Shown here in pieces: positions 10,707 to 22,052 of a DNA stretch of 64,000 bases (within the stretch, counting starts at the first letter, position 1; the number at the start of each line of letters is the position of its first letter). The DNA comes from Macrostomum lignano (taxonomy: Eukaryota). The position numbers were made by a program, and so were the translations under genes. The notes under the pieces are model-generated. The model did no database searches and had not been told where the DNA came from. It worked only from the letters and a program-made list of their open reading frames with translations. The stretch lies in NCBI GenBank assembly GCA_002269645.1, contig NIVC01002691.1, forward strand, positions 1-64,000, in the 5' to 3' direction.

Positions 10707-12047
10707 TCGAAGAAAAAATTATTTTATACGCCATACAAGCTAAAACAAAGCTTCCGTAAAAACATTTTAAATTAAACTTAATGAGGACAAGTTAGCTCGT
10801 TCTGTTTTGCTTAAAAGTTCTGTCATGCTAAAAAATTAAAATATACTTCTTATTCAAGTTTCGGCTAGCACTCAACGATTTTTTTAACACGGAAATATGG
10901 CACAATTTACTTAGAGCAGGCCTAAATTACCCGTATTACCCGAATTACCGTTAGCGTAGCTTCCGTGTTGCACTCGCACCGCGACGAATGAGTTGGCGTC
11001 AAATCCACTTCTTAAGTTTAGAGGAACTGCAGGGACTGTACGATTTATACATTTTTTACTAGAACCAGAAGTATACGGTGGTGTACAGTACTGCTGGCTG
11101 ATCTGTATACCTGTATTTTCTTACATAAGTCATAATGATTACATTTGTCAAAATGCAAAATGGGTCAAGCTTTTTTATGAAATGATGTCGATGTTGATGT
11201 CTCCTCTCTATTGTCTTCTCCAAAAAAGTATACATACTAACAGTAGGCCTGGCCTATAGCTTAAGCTTTTCCAGTGGTGGTCTGGTGGATTTAAAATTAA
11301 GGGGGATTGGGGTGGCAGCCTGGCTGGCTGGCAATGATCAATGATGGCGACTCTTTTCCTTTTAGGGCTGGGCTGAGGGCTGGCAATCCCAATATTATCA
11401 ATATTCTATAATACTTTGATTTTTGAATTATATAGCATTTATAGACAATTATAGCATTTATTGCTAATGGCAATAGCAATGGTTAGGCTTGCCTGAGCTG
11501 CCATTCCTTTGGTTTATAATCCTTTTTATAGACTACATTTTGGTTCATAGTCTCTGTGTAATTTTCTATTTAAATAAATGATCATAGCTTGCTCCAAAGA
11601 AACAAAAATTGTTAAACTTATTAAAGGCCTAATAGGGATAGAGCCATAGAGGTTCTATCCTTTAGAATCCCACTAAATGCCACTAAAACTCTAAGTTATG
11701 ACTAGAGATAGGACAAATATTTGGAATCAAATTAAATTAAATAAATATTTGGTTTGGATTGACAGAAAATTGAAATCTGAATATCAAATAGGGATATTAT
11801 AATATTTTTGATATGGAACAAAGATTTGGTACAAGTCAATAATTAAGTTAAGTATTGGTATTGTGGCTTATAAATAAAGGAATTAAGGACTAAAAAGTTT
11901 GCATTTTAAGAGTTTAGATTGTTTTAGATATAAGATTGTGGCTTATAAATGAAAAAAGGAATTTAGGATAGGGATAGGCCTATGATAATATATGGTATAT
12001 CATATATCTTAAACATATATGCGCAACCTCCAAAATTTAGTTACCCA

Positions 12048-12334
12048 CATACATGTGCAGCCTCCAAAATTTGGTTGGCCATGTGACTTAGTTTTAACAA
12101 AAATGCGACGTAGTTTTTGGCCAAATATGTGACTTACATATAAAAACGCAATAAATGCAACTTTGGGTAAATGGCAAGAGTAACTATAACTGTCTTATAA
12201 AGTTAAAATGCCTTGTCAGCTGCTTAGTACTACTACTTGGTGTTTTTTCAGGTGGGCATTTTTGTGACTTTCTTGGTTGGCTGCCAAATCGGTCGGCTAG
12301 ATCGGCCAACTCGGCCGACTATTGCACATGTATG
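12048..12334 (+). mobile_element. hAT-type MITE (28S-fragment family), nested copy
   Basis: TIR CATACATGTGCA...TGCACATGTATG; perfect 8-bp TSD GTTACCCA at 12040-12047 and 12335-12342. Confidence 0.85.
12165..12228 (+). pseudogene. Degenerate 28S rRNA fragment (helix 69-71 region) inside MITE
   Basis: GGGTAAATGGCAAGAGTAACTATAACTGTCTTATAAAGTTAAAATGCCTTGTCAGCTGCTTAGT resembles LSU rRNA GGGTAAACGGCGGGAGTAACTATGACTCTCTTAAGGTAGCCAAATGCCTCGTCATCTAATTAGT. Confidence 0.7.
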
Positions 12335-12436
12335 GTTACCCATGCAACTTAGTTTTAACAAAAATGTGATGTAGTCTTTGGCCAAAAAAGCGATTTACAT
12401 ATAAAAGAAACCCTAAAGAAAAATTAATGCAACTTT

Positions 12437-12506
12437 GGGTAAATGGCAAGAGTAGGCCTAACTATAATTCTCTTATTAAGGCAAAATGCCTCATTATCTA
12501 CTTAGT
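12437..12506 (+). pseudogene. Degenerate 28S rRNA fragment inside MITE, with a 6-nt GGCCTA insertion
   Basis: Same LSU rRNA similarity; AGTAACTAT has become AGTAGGCCTAACTAT. Confidence 0.7.
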
Positions 12507-12627
12507 ACTACTTGGGTATTTATTTGGATGGGCATTTTTGCAACTTACCTTTGTTGACCACCAAATCAATTGGCCACATTGGCTAACTTGGCTGATTGTT
12601 GTGCATGTATAATCTTAAGGTAAAGCA

Positions 12628-12904
12628 CATACATGCGCAACTGCTGGCCAACCTGGCCGATCTGGCCACCGTAAATTGTGGTGGACCAGGGGTAAGTCGC
12701 AAAAATGCCCACCCCAAAGAATACAGACGTAGTACTAATTCGATGACGAGGCATTTAGCCCTTATAAGACAGTCATAGTTACTCCTGCCGTTTAGCCAAA
12801 ATTACGTTAATGTTGCTCTAGGGTTTCTTTCACAGGTAAGTCGCATTTCTGGTCAAAAAGTAAGTCGCATGGCCAGTGTAAATCAGGGGGGTTGCGCATG
12901 TATG
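12628..12904 (-). mobile_element. hAT-type MITE (28S-fragment family), best-preserved copy, 277 bp, inverted
   Basis: Perfect 14-bp TIR CATACATGCGCAAC; perfect 8-bp TSD GTAAAGCA at 12620-12627 and 12905-12912. Confidence 0.9.
12734..12797 (-). pseudogene. 28S rRNA fragment (helix 69-71) inside MITE
   Basis: Reverse complement GGCTAAACGGCAGGAGTAACTATGACTGTCTTATAAGGGCTAAATGCCTCGTCATCGAATTAGT; about 9 differences in about 65 nt from the conserved LSU sequence as I recall it (by-eye alignment). Confidence 0.82.
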
Positions 12905-15099
12905 GTAAAGCAAGATGCTTTAGTATTTGCAAGCATATTGACATTGTGCTTAAAAGATGGCAAATAAGTTTGGGTCCTTATTTCTATCTAGACCAATTGG
13001 TTCTAGGGATAGTTGAATAAGAATAAATTCAATGTATCTATCAAACCTAACATTCAATGGCATATATGATAGTCTACCTAAAAGTTTATGCAATTATACT
13101 GCAGTTTAGTGAGTCAGGGTGTCAAAATAGGATCTAATAAATGCAATGGCTTATTCCCAGTACTTCCAAAACTTATGTCATGAATGCCATTTATAGCACC
13201 TAAATTACTTAAGTATTTCAGAAGTCAGACAATCTTATTAAAGAGCTTATTCAAGCATTGATATTGCCAACCCCAGGTCCTCTATGAATTTGGTGGATGC
13301 TAGATAAAAGAATTCTACTAAGTTCTACCATTTCTTCAGACATCCACTATGGATCATTTTTTAGCAGACCACATATAAGCTTAATATTGCTTTTAGTCTA
13401 CACATTTTAAAGTCTCCTAGATCTTGGCTTATCAAAGATCAAAGTGTAGCCACTCTTCAACCAATCCTACCACTTGTACACAGCACACTGGCATAGTGCA
13501 TCATTGCCATATGTATCCAACAAGCTGCTAGTGGACTTGTGCAGCTGGTATTTATTGTAGCTATTCTGTTGTTCTGTTTAAATGACCCGCTTGTTTTGCT
13601 AGTCATCTCCCATAACTGCAACATCAGCCAAAGAGAGAAAACAGTGGTAAGGAGAATCATTGTGGTAACAAAAAGAAAAGTGCAAATAGCTCAAATGCAC
13701 AGGAAATGATTGCTGCTAGCCTCAGGACTGCTATATTGATAGCTGTAGCCACTCGAAAGATGTCTGTGGTAGAAATGGATCAATTGCATGAACTTTTGGG
13801 ATGCCCTTTATACTAGCCTACCAAGAATCCTAGATCATGCAGTTGCAATAAGTGTTCAAGTCACATTAAATCCCATTTTAGTAAATGGACATGCCAACTT
13901 CTTACTGACTATTTATGTTCTTAAAATAATATTTAATTCTATAATTATACTAGTATAATTTTGTACATGACACAATTTATCATTTTATTAAAAAAATTAG
14001 CCCGGGTAATTTACATTGTTGGACATATAAACACAATTTTAGGATGGCATGAAAAAATAGCCCTTCTTTATTCATATCACTGAACCACTCTGACATTTGC
14101 TTTAGACAATAAGATGCTCAAATATAAATAACTTCTTTTTATAGTTTAGCTTCAATTTATCATTGATAATTTTATTGAAAAGTTATTCATTTGTAAAAAG
14201 TCTAGGCATACTTTTTATTCAAATTTGCTTTTCCTATGCATATTAGCAAGTCATAGGATTATTATTGAAGTCTCTAATATTAAATTTAAATTTTTATACT
14301 GTTGTCTTATTATCTTTAATCATTTCTAGGTTAGGCTAACAATTAAAATAAATTCTTATGATCTTGCATAGCTACATATAATACCTAGGATCAGAATTTG
14401 CCTATGCACTTGTATAGTGTCTACATTTTTTAGATTTTCTCCAATAGCAGCTAAGATGAAAGAAGATGCAATATTTTAACTTAAAGACTTAAAGACTTAT
14501 TTCTAAGTTGACTATCATTTATACCATTATGCACCCTCTATGCCTTATCCTATTTACTATTAAAATCCTAGTATAAATAAACTAAATGCCATTCTTTTTT
14601 TAATCTATCCTTGTGCAAGTTCATACAAAATCAATTATTGTGATATAACCATAGGAGATAGTTTACATTGTATTTAATAATATCAGGGGTATAGTTTGCT
14701 ATGTATATATATAGTTTTTTTCAATCTAATAGTAGCTAATAATATTTAAATTGTAGTCTCTTTATTGCTTTTAATTAAAAAATGATGTTTTTTAAAACAA
14801 TCTTTATCAAAAATTTAAGTCCTCAAAGCTTCCTATCTAGTGTTTAAAAATCTACTAATATCATATTCAACCCATCATTTTTAATTAAGCCTAACCTTTG
14901 TACCTGTATGTATACTATATAAATGTGGGTGCACTGGTAGCTATATGCACAATCTGAATTTTACCTAGCTGGTGCAGTGTTGTTTTCTATAATAATTTGA
15001 CAGTTGTATGTAAAGAGCCATATTCTTGTAAGAATTGTTCCAAAATTTCAGCTATAATTTAATAAGCTCTTATTTCTAACAAACTGTTCATGCAGTACA

Positions 15100-15704
15100 A
15101 TGGCGGCCAGCGTGCCAAAGTGTCCGCCACATCAGTACTACTATGAGCTCAGTAAAATGTGCGACAATTGTCCTGAGAAATGTTTGTCTGGTAGTTCAAC
15201 ACCAGAGTGTGAGAGACTGTGGTCTGGCGACTTCTGCCATCCCATCAGTTCGTCGAGTTTGCCAGTTAAGATGTCCACCAGCTCCCCCAGCCTGGTAACT
15301 GGCAATTCCAGTTTAATTACTAACGAGTCCATTTCCAAGACTGGCCCGATTGTTGCTGTTGCGGTGTTCAGCGTGATTGCATTGGTCGCAATTGTTGCGG
15401 CAATAGTTGCGCTTGTCTGTCGGCACCGGCATCGACAGCGTAAGGCGAATGAACAGGTGGACCTGCAACTACTGATGGCGATCGGGCGGAAGAGGCTGAG
15501 AGTCTCAATCCGAACGGACACGCGCCAACTGGCCAGCCAACCACTTCTTCTCAGCAGCAGACGAAATATCCGGAGGTCCAGCCTCCACAGCCAGACCCAA
15601 TGAAGGTCACCGGTGTGACAAAAACCAATCCGCCAACATCATTGGAAATTGACAGCCAGCCACAGGACTCCACCGCCAGCACCATTGGAAACTCCCAAAT
15701 CTGA
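15100..15704 (+). CDS. TNF-receptor-superfamily-like membrane protein 1 (single BCMA/TACI-type CRD); probable 1-nt frameshift near 15457
   Basis: CPPHQYYYELSKMCDNCPEKCLSGSSTPEC Cys pattern, S/T stalk, TM (IVAVAVFSVIALVAIVAAIVALVC), basic stop-transfer RHRHRQRK; acceptor at 15094-15095; alternative tail frame ends at 15704 with AATAAA near 15739; the ORF track stops at 15603. Confidence 0.65.
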
Positions 15705-16307
15705 ATTCTAAGGAAGCTAAAGAGTGAAGAAGCACTTTAATAAAATTTCTTATTCTCGTCTCATCCTACATTCGTAAATCATGTATGTCAATTTGCAAAA
15801 ATCCACAAATTCTTTCGTCCGAGGTGAATTAAAAAGTTTTTTTAGCTATAACGATTCTATTTAGGACAGCTGTCTTTTGGCGAAGTGTCAGCTGTTTCTT
15901 GATCTTATCTGCTTAGTGTGTTTCATTCTAAACAGTCAGTGGCAAAAACCCTATAAAGAAAATACCTTTCAAACAAAATATTGTTGATCTGGCGAACACT
16001 CAATTCTAATCATGCATTGGATAAATAATCAGCGGTCCCAGTGCGTGACAACGATTTGCCATCTGCGAACACAGTTGTCACGCACTGCGACCGCTGATTC
16101 TTTGCATTGTTTTTCTGTTTGACGATCCTACAGACAATGCATTGTTTGTAGTAATGGATTGTTGTGCATTAAAAATGTGAATAATGATCGTCAAATTGCT
16201 AAACAATGGCGCAGCCATATTTTGCCAGCTGTCTATGGCACAGACTGGGGCCAGGCCAGAAAGAAATTTAATCCTGCGGGCGGACATATCATTTTAATGA
16301 GTCTGTA

Positions 16308-16442
16308 GACAGAGACAGGCAGACACAGACAGACAGGCAGACAGACCGGCAGGCAGACAGACAGACAGACAGGCAGACAGACAGACAGACAGACACACAC
16401 GCAGACCGGCAGGCAGACAGACAGACACGCAGACCGGCAGGC

Positions 16443-16483
<41 letters not shown>

Positions 16484-16726
16484 CGCAGACCGGCAGGCAG
16501 ACAGACAGACACGCAGACCGGCAGGCAGACAGACAGACAGGCAGACAGACAGACAGACAGACACGCAGACCGGCAGGCAGACAGACAGACAGGCAGACAG
16601 ACAGACACGCAGACAGACAGACAGACAGACACGCAGACAGACAGACAGGCAGACAGACAGACAGGCAGACAGACAGACAGACAGACAGACACGCAGACCG
16701 GCAGGCAGACAGGCAGACCGGCAGGC

Positions 16727-16759
<33 letters not shown>

Positions 16760-16946
16760 CGCAGACCGGCAGGCAGACAGACAGACACGCAGACCGGCAG
16801 GCAGACAGACAGACAGGCAGACAGACAGACAGACAGACACGCAGACCGGCAGGCAGACAGACAGACACGCAGATCGGCAGGCAGACAGACAGACAGACAG
16901 ACACGCAGACCGGCAGGCAGACAGACAGACACGCAGACCGGCAGGC

Positions 16947-16991
<45 letters not shown>

Positions 16992-17182
16992 CGCAGACCG
17001 GCAGGCAGACAGACAGACACGCAGACCGGCAGGCAGACAGACAGACAGGCAGACAGACAGACAGACAGACACGCAGACCGGCAGGCAGACAGACAGACAC
17101 GCAGACCGGCAGGCAGACAGACAGACACGCAGACCGGCAGGCAGACAGACAGACAGACAGACAGACACGCAGACCGGCAGGC

Positions 17183-17215
<33 letters not shown>

Positions 17216-17829
17216 CGCAGACCGGCAGGCAGACAGACAGACAGGCAGGCAGACAGACAGACAGGCAGACAGACAGACAGACAGACACGCAGACCGGCAG
17301 GCAGACAGGCAGACAGACAGACAGACAGACACGCAGACCGGCAGGCAGACAGACAGACACGCAGACCGGCAGGCAGACAGACAGACACGCAGACAGACAG
17401 GCAGACAGACAGACACGCAGACAGACAGGCAGACAGACAGACACGCAGACAGACAGGCAGACAGACAGACAGACAGACAGACAGACACGCAGACCGGCAG
17501 GCAGACAGACAGACACGCAGACCGGCAGGCAGACAGACAGACACGCAGACAGACAGGCAGACAGACAGACACGCAGACAGACAGGCAGACAGACAGACAC
17601 GCAGACAGACAGGCAGGCAGACAGACAGACAGACAGACACGCAGACCGGCAGGCAGACAGACAGACACGCAGACCGGCAGGCAGACAGACAGACAGACAG
17701 ACACGCAGACCGGCAGGCAGACAGACAGACACGCAGACCGGCAGGCAGACAGACAGACACGCAGACAGACAGGCAGACAGACAGACACGCAGACAGACAG
17801 GCAGACAGACAGACACGCAGACACAGACA
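16308..17829. repeat. Compound (CAGA)n microsatellite with CACG/CCGG/CAGG variants
   Basis: About 1.5 kb of CAGA-based repeats; the source of the long SVCL ORFs. Confidence 0.95.
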
Positions 17830-18264
17830 ATGAAGGCAATGTAAAACCTTGAAAAGAAGCTTTTGCAAAAAATGGATACCCCGTTTTTTTATTTGACAGC
17901 AAATGCCTGACCTCAAAGGAAATTTGCAAGTGCAGCTTGAGTCCATCAGGCTTCATTTGATTTCATTCATAGATTTTAAAGATCACTGTAAGTAAAATGA
18001 CATACCAACTCAAAATTAGGACAATTTCAATTTGAAAACTCTGTGGCTAAAGGCCGTTTGATCGCAAATTTATTTTTATGATGCTTTTTAGCGAGTTTAG
18101 GCCTTGTAAAATGTAATTTCATAATAAAACTGGTACAGCTAGAGTATTATTATCATAAATAATAGTTTCTAAACCGCCTCATGCTGTCGAGTTCTTTATT
18201 TTTAAGTATCGGTGAACAAGAGTGACAAGTGACTTCACAACTTTACTTGTTTGTATTTTTGTCC

Positions 18265-18972
18265 GTATCAAGGAATAGGGACTGTCTGTCAGGACTCAGG
18301 GAATGGGGACTGTCTGTATCAGGGAATAGGGGGTGTCTGTGTCAGGGAATAGGGGGTGTCTGTATCAGGGAATGGGGACTGTCTGTATCAGGGAATGGGG
18401 ACTGTCTGTATCAGGGAATAGGGACTGTCTGTATCAGGGAATAAGGGGTGTCTGTATCAGGGAATAGGGGGTGTCTGTATCAGGGAATAAGGGGTGTCCG
18501 TGTCAGGGAATAGGGGGTGTCTGTATCAGGGAATAGGGGGTGTCCGTGTCAGGGAATAGGGGGTGTCTGTATCAGGGAATAAGGGGTGTCCGTGTCAGGG
18601 AATAGGGGGTGGCTGTATCAGGGAATAGGGACTGTCTGTATCAGGGAATAGGGACTGTCTGTATCAGGGAATAGGGACTGTCTGTATCAGGGAATAGGGA
18701 CTGTCTGTATCAGGGAATAGGGGGTGTCTGTATCAGGGAATAGGGGGTGGCTGTATCAGGGAATAGGGACTGTCTGTATCAGGGAATAGGGGTGTCTGTA
18801 TCAGGGAATAGGGGGTGGCTGTATCAGGGAATAGGGACTGTCTGTATCAGGGAATAGGGGGTGTCTGTATCAGGGAATAGGGGGTGGCTGTATCAGGGAA
18901 TAGGGACTGTCTGTATCAGGGAATAGGGGGTGTTTGTATCAGGGAATAGGGGTGGCTGTATAAGGGAATAGG
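18265..18972. repeat. About 23-bp minisatellite (TGTCTGTATCAGGGAATAGGGAC)
   Basis: Direct inspection of tandem units. Confidence 0.93.
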
Positions 18973-19034
18973 AAGTGTTTGCAAAATGTTATTGAGCTTC
19001 AAACATATGCAAACTTTGTTCCCGCTTTCTGAAG

Positions 19035-19760
19035 TGGCAGTTTTGTCTCCTGTTGCTGGGTTGCTCAGTCTCTGTGTCCGCACGGAGGGACTGCCAGCCA
19101 GACGAATACTTTAACAAAATCACTTATTTGTGCGATAAATGCCCGCCAGAATGTCTGAAAGCTGGTCCCGCACCTGACATTTGCGAACAGAAACGTGCAA
19201 ATGGGTATTGTTTGGCTCTGATTGCCAGCACTACAACAGCATCAGGTAGCGATGCCAGCTCGACTCCGTCATCCGGTTCTACTGGCGGAGAATCTAAAAA
19301 TATCGAATTAATTGCTTTGTTAGCATTCTTTATTGTCGTAATTACTGCTGTTGTCGTTTGGATCGCGTATACTCAACTAAATCGATGTAGAAGTAACAGT
19401 CAAGCCGATAATAGCACCCCAGATTCTTCTGATACAACAGGCGGAGCTAGCATTCCCCTACTGCCTCAGAATCCAGATTCAGAACCAACTGCACCTCCCA
19501 ATGATACTGGAGGTAATAATGCTCAACCTAGCGATGTCGAAAATCCTGGCGGCGAAGGGGGCGCTGAGGCTCCTGGCAACGACGATCAGAAGACCTCCGA
19601 TAAAGCTGGCACGTCTTCAAACGGAATGTCAGCGGAAGCTACGGACAATGATGGCGGCGGAGCTTCTTCCTCCCCGCAACCGCCCAGCGATCGGGGAAAT
19701 CAAGTTGTTGATGTTATGAATCGTAAGGACGAAGGATATCGCGAGCCCAAGCCGAACTAA
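19035..19760 (+). CDS. TNF-receptor-superfamily-like membrane protein 2 (single BCMA/TACI-type CRD, signal peptide, no local ATG)
   Basis: WQFCLLLLGCSVSVSA signal-like segment; CQPDEYFNKITYLCDKCPPECLKAGPAPDIC CRD; TM LIALLAFFIVVITAVVVWIAY; acidic disordered tail; nearest upstream in-frame codons reach a TGA (18993) without an ATG. Confidence 0.72.
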   Translation, partial: WQFCLLLLGCSVSVSARRDCQPDEYFNKITYLCDKCPPECLKAGPAPDICEQKRANGYCLALIASTTTASGSDASSTPSSGSTGGESKNIELIALLAFFIVVITAVVVWIAYTQLNRCRSNSQADNSTPDSSDTTGGASIPLLPQNPDSEPTAPPNDTGGNNAQPSDVENPGGEGGAEAPGNDDQKTSDKAGTSSNGMSAEATDNDGGGASSSPQPPSDRGNQVVDVMNRKDEGYREPKPN

Positions 19761-21035
19761 ATTTGAGCTTCTTAAAGATTCATCACTAAAAGTTTGTGAC
19801 AAATTAGTCTCAGAATGGAAGCGGTGTGCAGGAGCTTTGCTGTCAGGTCCGATCTGTCTATGACTGACTAGACTCCATTGCGTTTCTATGTTAGACTAGC
19901 TTTAATATTTTCATGTATGATTGAATTGTTTGCTAACTTTGCCTGTGTTGTCCTGGCAGCATTAACTCAATTATATTAAAAATGACACGCTCAATGTCTT
20001 GCGGATCAGTTACGAAAGGCTTTCGGGATTAAGTTGACATACCCTTGGAATATAAGATTAGATGTAACCAGATGTCTTAGCTTACATCTATCTCGATGTA
20101 GCCTACGTCTTTGTCTAAGTCTATCTCCATGTGGCTTTTAGTCTAAGCCTAGGACAGGAGAATGGGGTTTTTAGGGTAGGCAGGATTCCTGATCACGGAT
20201 CACTTCATTTCTGACACTTGGTGCCGATTCTTTCATCGAATTATCTCTGGCTTTGTTGTCTATGGCCTGACCTGACAGTTAATTTGAGACAAATTTTAAA
20301 CTTTTTAAGCCAAATCTATTTTTGTTACTTTGTAAGTACAGCCTTTGTGTTTTATTCTAGGAATGTTCTCACCCATTTATTTAAAAAAAACTTTTAATTT
20401 TAAAATTTTAGCTGAAAAAATCTATTGTGGCCAATTTGTTGTCTTTCTACAATATCAATAATGTTAACATTTGTATCAAGCAACAAATGCTAAAAATTAA
20501 AAGCTATTGTTTCTTATTCAATAATTTTTTTATTGCCCAATTGCCCAATCGGTGACTAAAAGTTTGCTCATTATCTTAAATTTTATTTTTACTTGCCAAA
20601 TGTCAAAGGCGCCAATACTCGATAGCTTCCTGTGTTACAAATATTTCAGAATTCTTGAGTGCATTACTCGTAGTAGTATCTTTTGCTCATGTATATTAGC
20701 TTTATTGTAAATGACATTATTCTTATCCAGTAATAGGCTTAGTTAGCTGTTTATTCATTCGAGGCTAAGAGCCTTTTAAATATACATGCCTTTTACATGC
20801 CTTTGTTTTAAGGTGTTAATGTTTTGCCTATGCTTATGTACATTTAAATATTACAGATGTTCCACATATCTGAAAGTATGACCTACTTGTTTAATTCTAT
20901 TTGAGTTTAAAACTAATACAATTATTTTTGTTAAAAATACGATAAAACATGCTAAAAATATTGAAGACAATACTTGCACACATTTTGTTTCGATCTGTTG
21001 GTTCTTTTTTGTACAGTTTATGCTGATTAAGTACT

Positions 21036-21525
21036 GGCTCAGCTACCCCATATCCTGAAGCTTTAGCGGCTCAGCTACCCCATATCCTGAAGCTTCAGCG
21101 GCTCAGCTACCCCATATCCTGAAGCTTCAGCGGCTCAGCTACCCCATCTCCTGAAGCTTCAGGGGCTCAGCTACCCCATCTCCTGAAGCTTCAGGCCTCA
21201 GCTACCCCATCTCCTAAAGCTTCAGGGCCTCAGCTACCCCATCTTCTGAAGCTTCAGGGGCTCAGCTACCCCATCTCCTGAAGCTTCAAGGCCTCAGCTA
21301 CCCCATATCCTGAAGCCTCAGTGGCTTAGCTGCCCCATCTACTGAAGTTTCAGGGGCTCAGCTACCCCATCTCCTGAAGCTTCAGGGGCTCAGCTACCCC
21401 ATCTCCTGAAGCTTCAGGGGCTCAGCTACCCCATCTCCTGAAGCTTCAGCGGCTCAGCTACCCCATCTCCTGAAGCTTCAGGGGCTCAGCTACCCCATCT
21501 CCTGAAGCTTCAGCGGCTCAGCTGC
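21036..21525. repeat. 32-bp minisatellite (GGCTCAGCTACCCCATCTCCTGAAGCTTCAGG)
   Basis: About 15 tandem units. Confidence 0.93.
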
Positions 21526-22052
21526 CCCACGAACGTACATTGTTTTTGTATTGGAATCGACATTTAAAAGAAAAAATTCGGTCAGCGCATCCTACCCTAC
21601 AGCCAGCCAATGTTCGGCAGTAAGTTTTCATCCCATAGGCATTAGGGGCTATTTCTATCTGTTTATCTGCACACAGCAGTACGCGGTTCGCCAGCATGCC
21701 AGCAAACTCCCCAGATCCAACGTGCAATACAGCTGCGCCGATCATGCCTGTACACTGCGCACCAGAATTGTCTGCCACGTGTCCAGCGCGTGCTCGGTTC
21801 GCCCCTGAACCCCCGCCCCCCGCTGCGCTCCACATGCACTGGGGCTATTAAGGTGCAGCAGGCCTTGAAGCCTTCCTTTCCTTCTTGCCTTTGTCAATTC
21901 AACTGGCTGTTTGCTTATCTTTTCAAAGCTGCGTCCATTTATATACACTGTTGTGTCTTGGTTATTAAACCCCTATGCTAGTATAAGTTTTGCACGCAAG
22001 ATTTGCACTACGTTAACTGCTGTTACCCTTAATGCATTCGATTTCAAAACTC

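Larger units (their letters stand above)
12014..12611 (+). mobile_element. hAT-type MITE (28S-fragment family), older copy interrupted by a sister copy
   Basis: TIR CATATATGCGCAAC...GTTGTGCATGTATA; TSD ATCTTAAA / ATCTTAAG (7 of 8); interior colinear with the sister copies once 12048-12342 is removed. Confidence 0.75.

Noticed and set aside
12165-12797. 28S fragments as functional rRNA genes or intact helix 69 RNAs
   Set aside because: Only about 65 nt with no flanking rDNA; substitutions break the helix 69 stem without compensation.
16233-17956. Three 500+ aa ORFs (SVCL repeats)
   Set aside because: Translations of the CAGA microsatellite, open in all three minus frames.
21551-21808. GC-richer patch with a possible acceptor as an exon
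   Set aside because: No partner exon, start or recognisable product.
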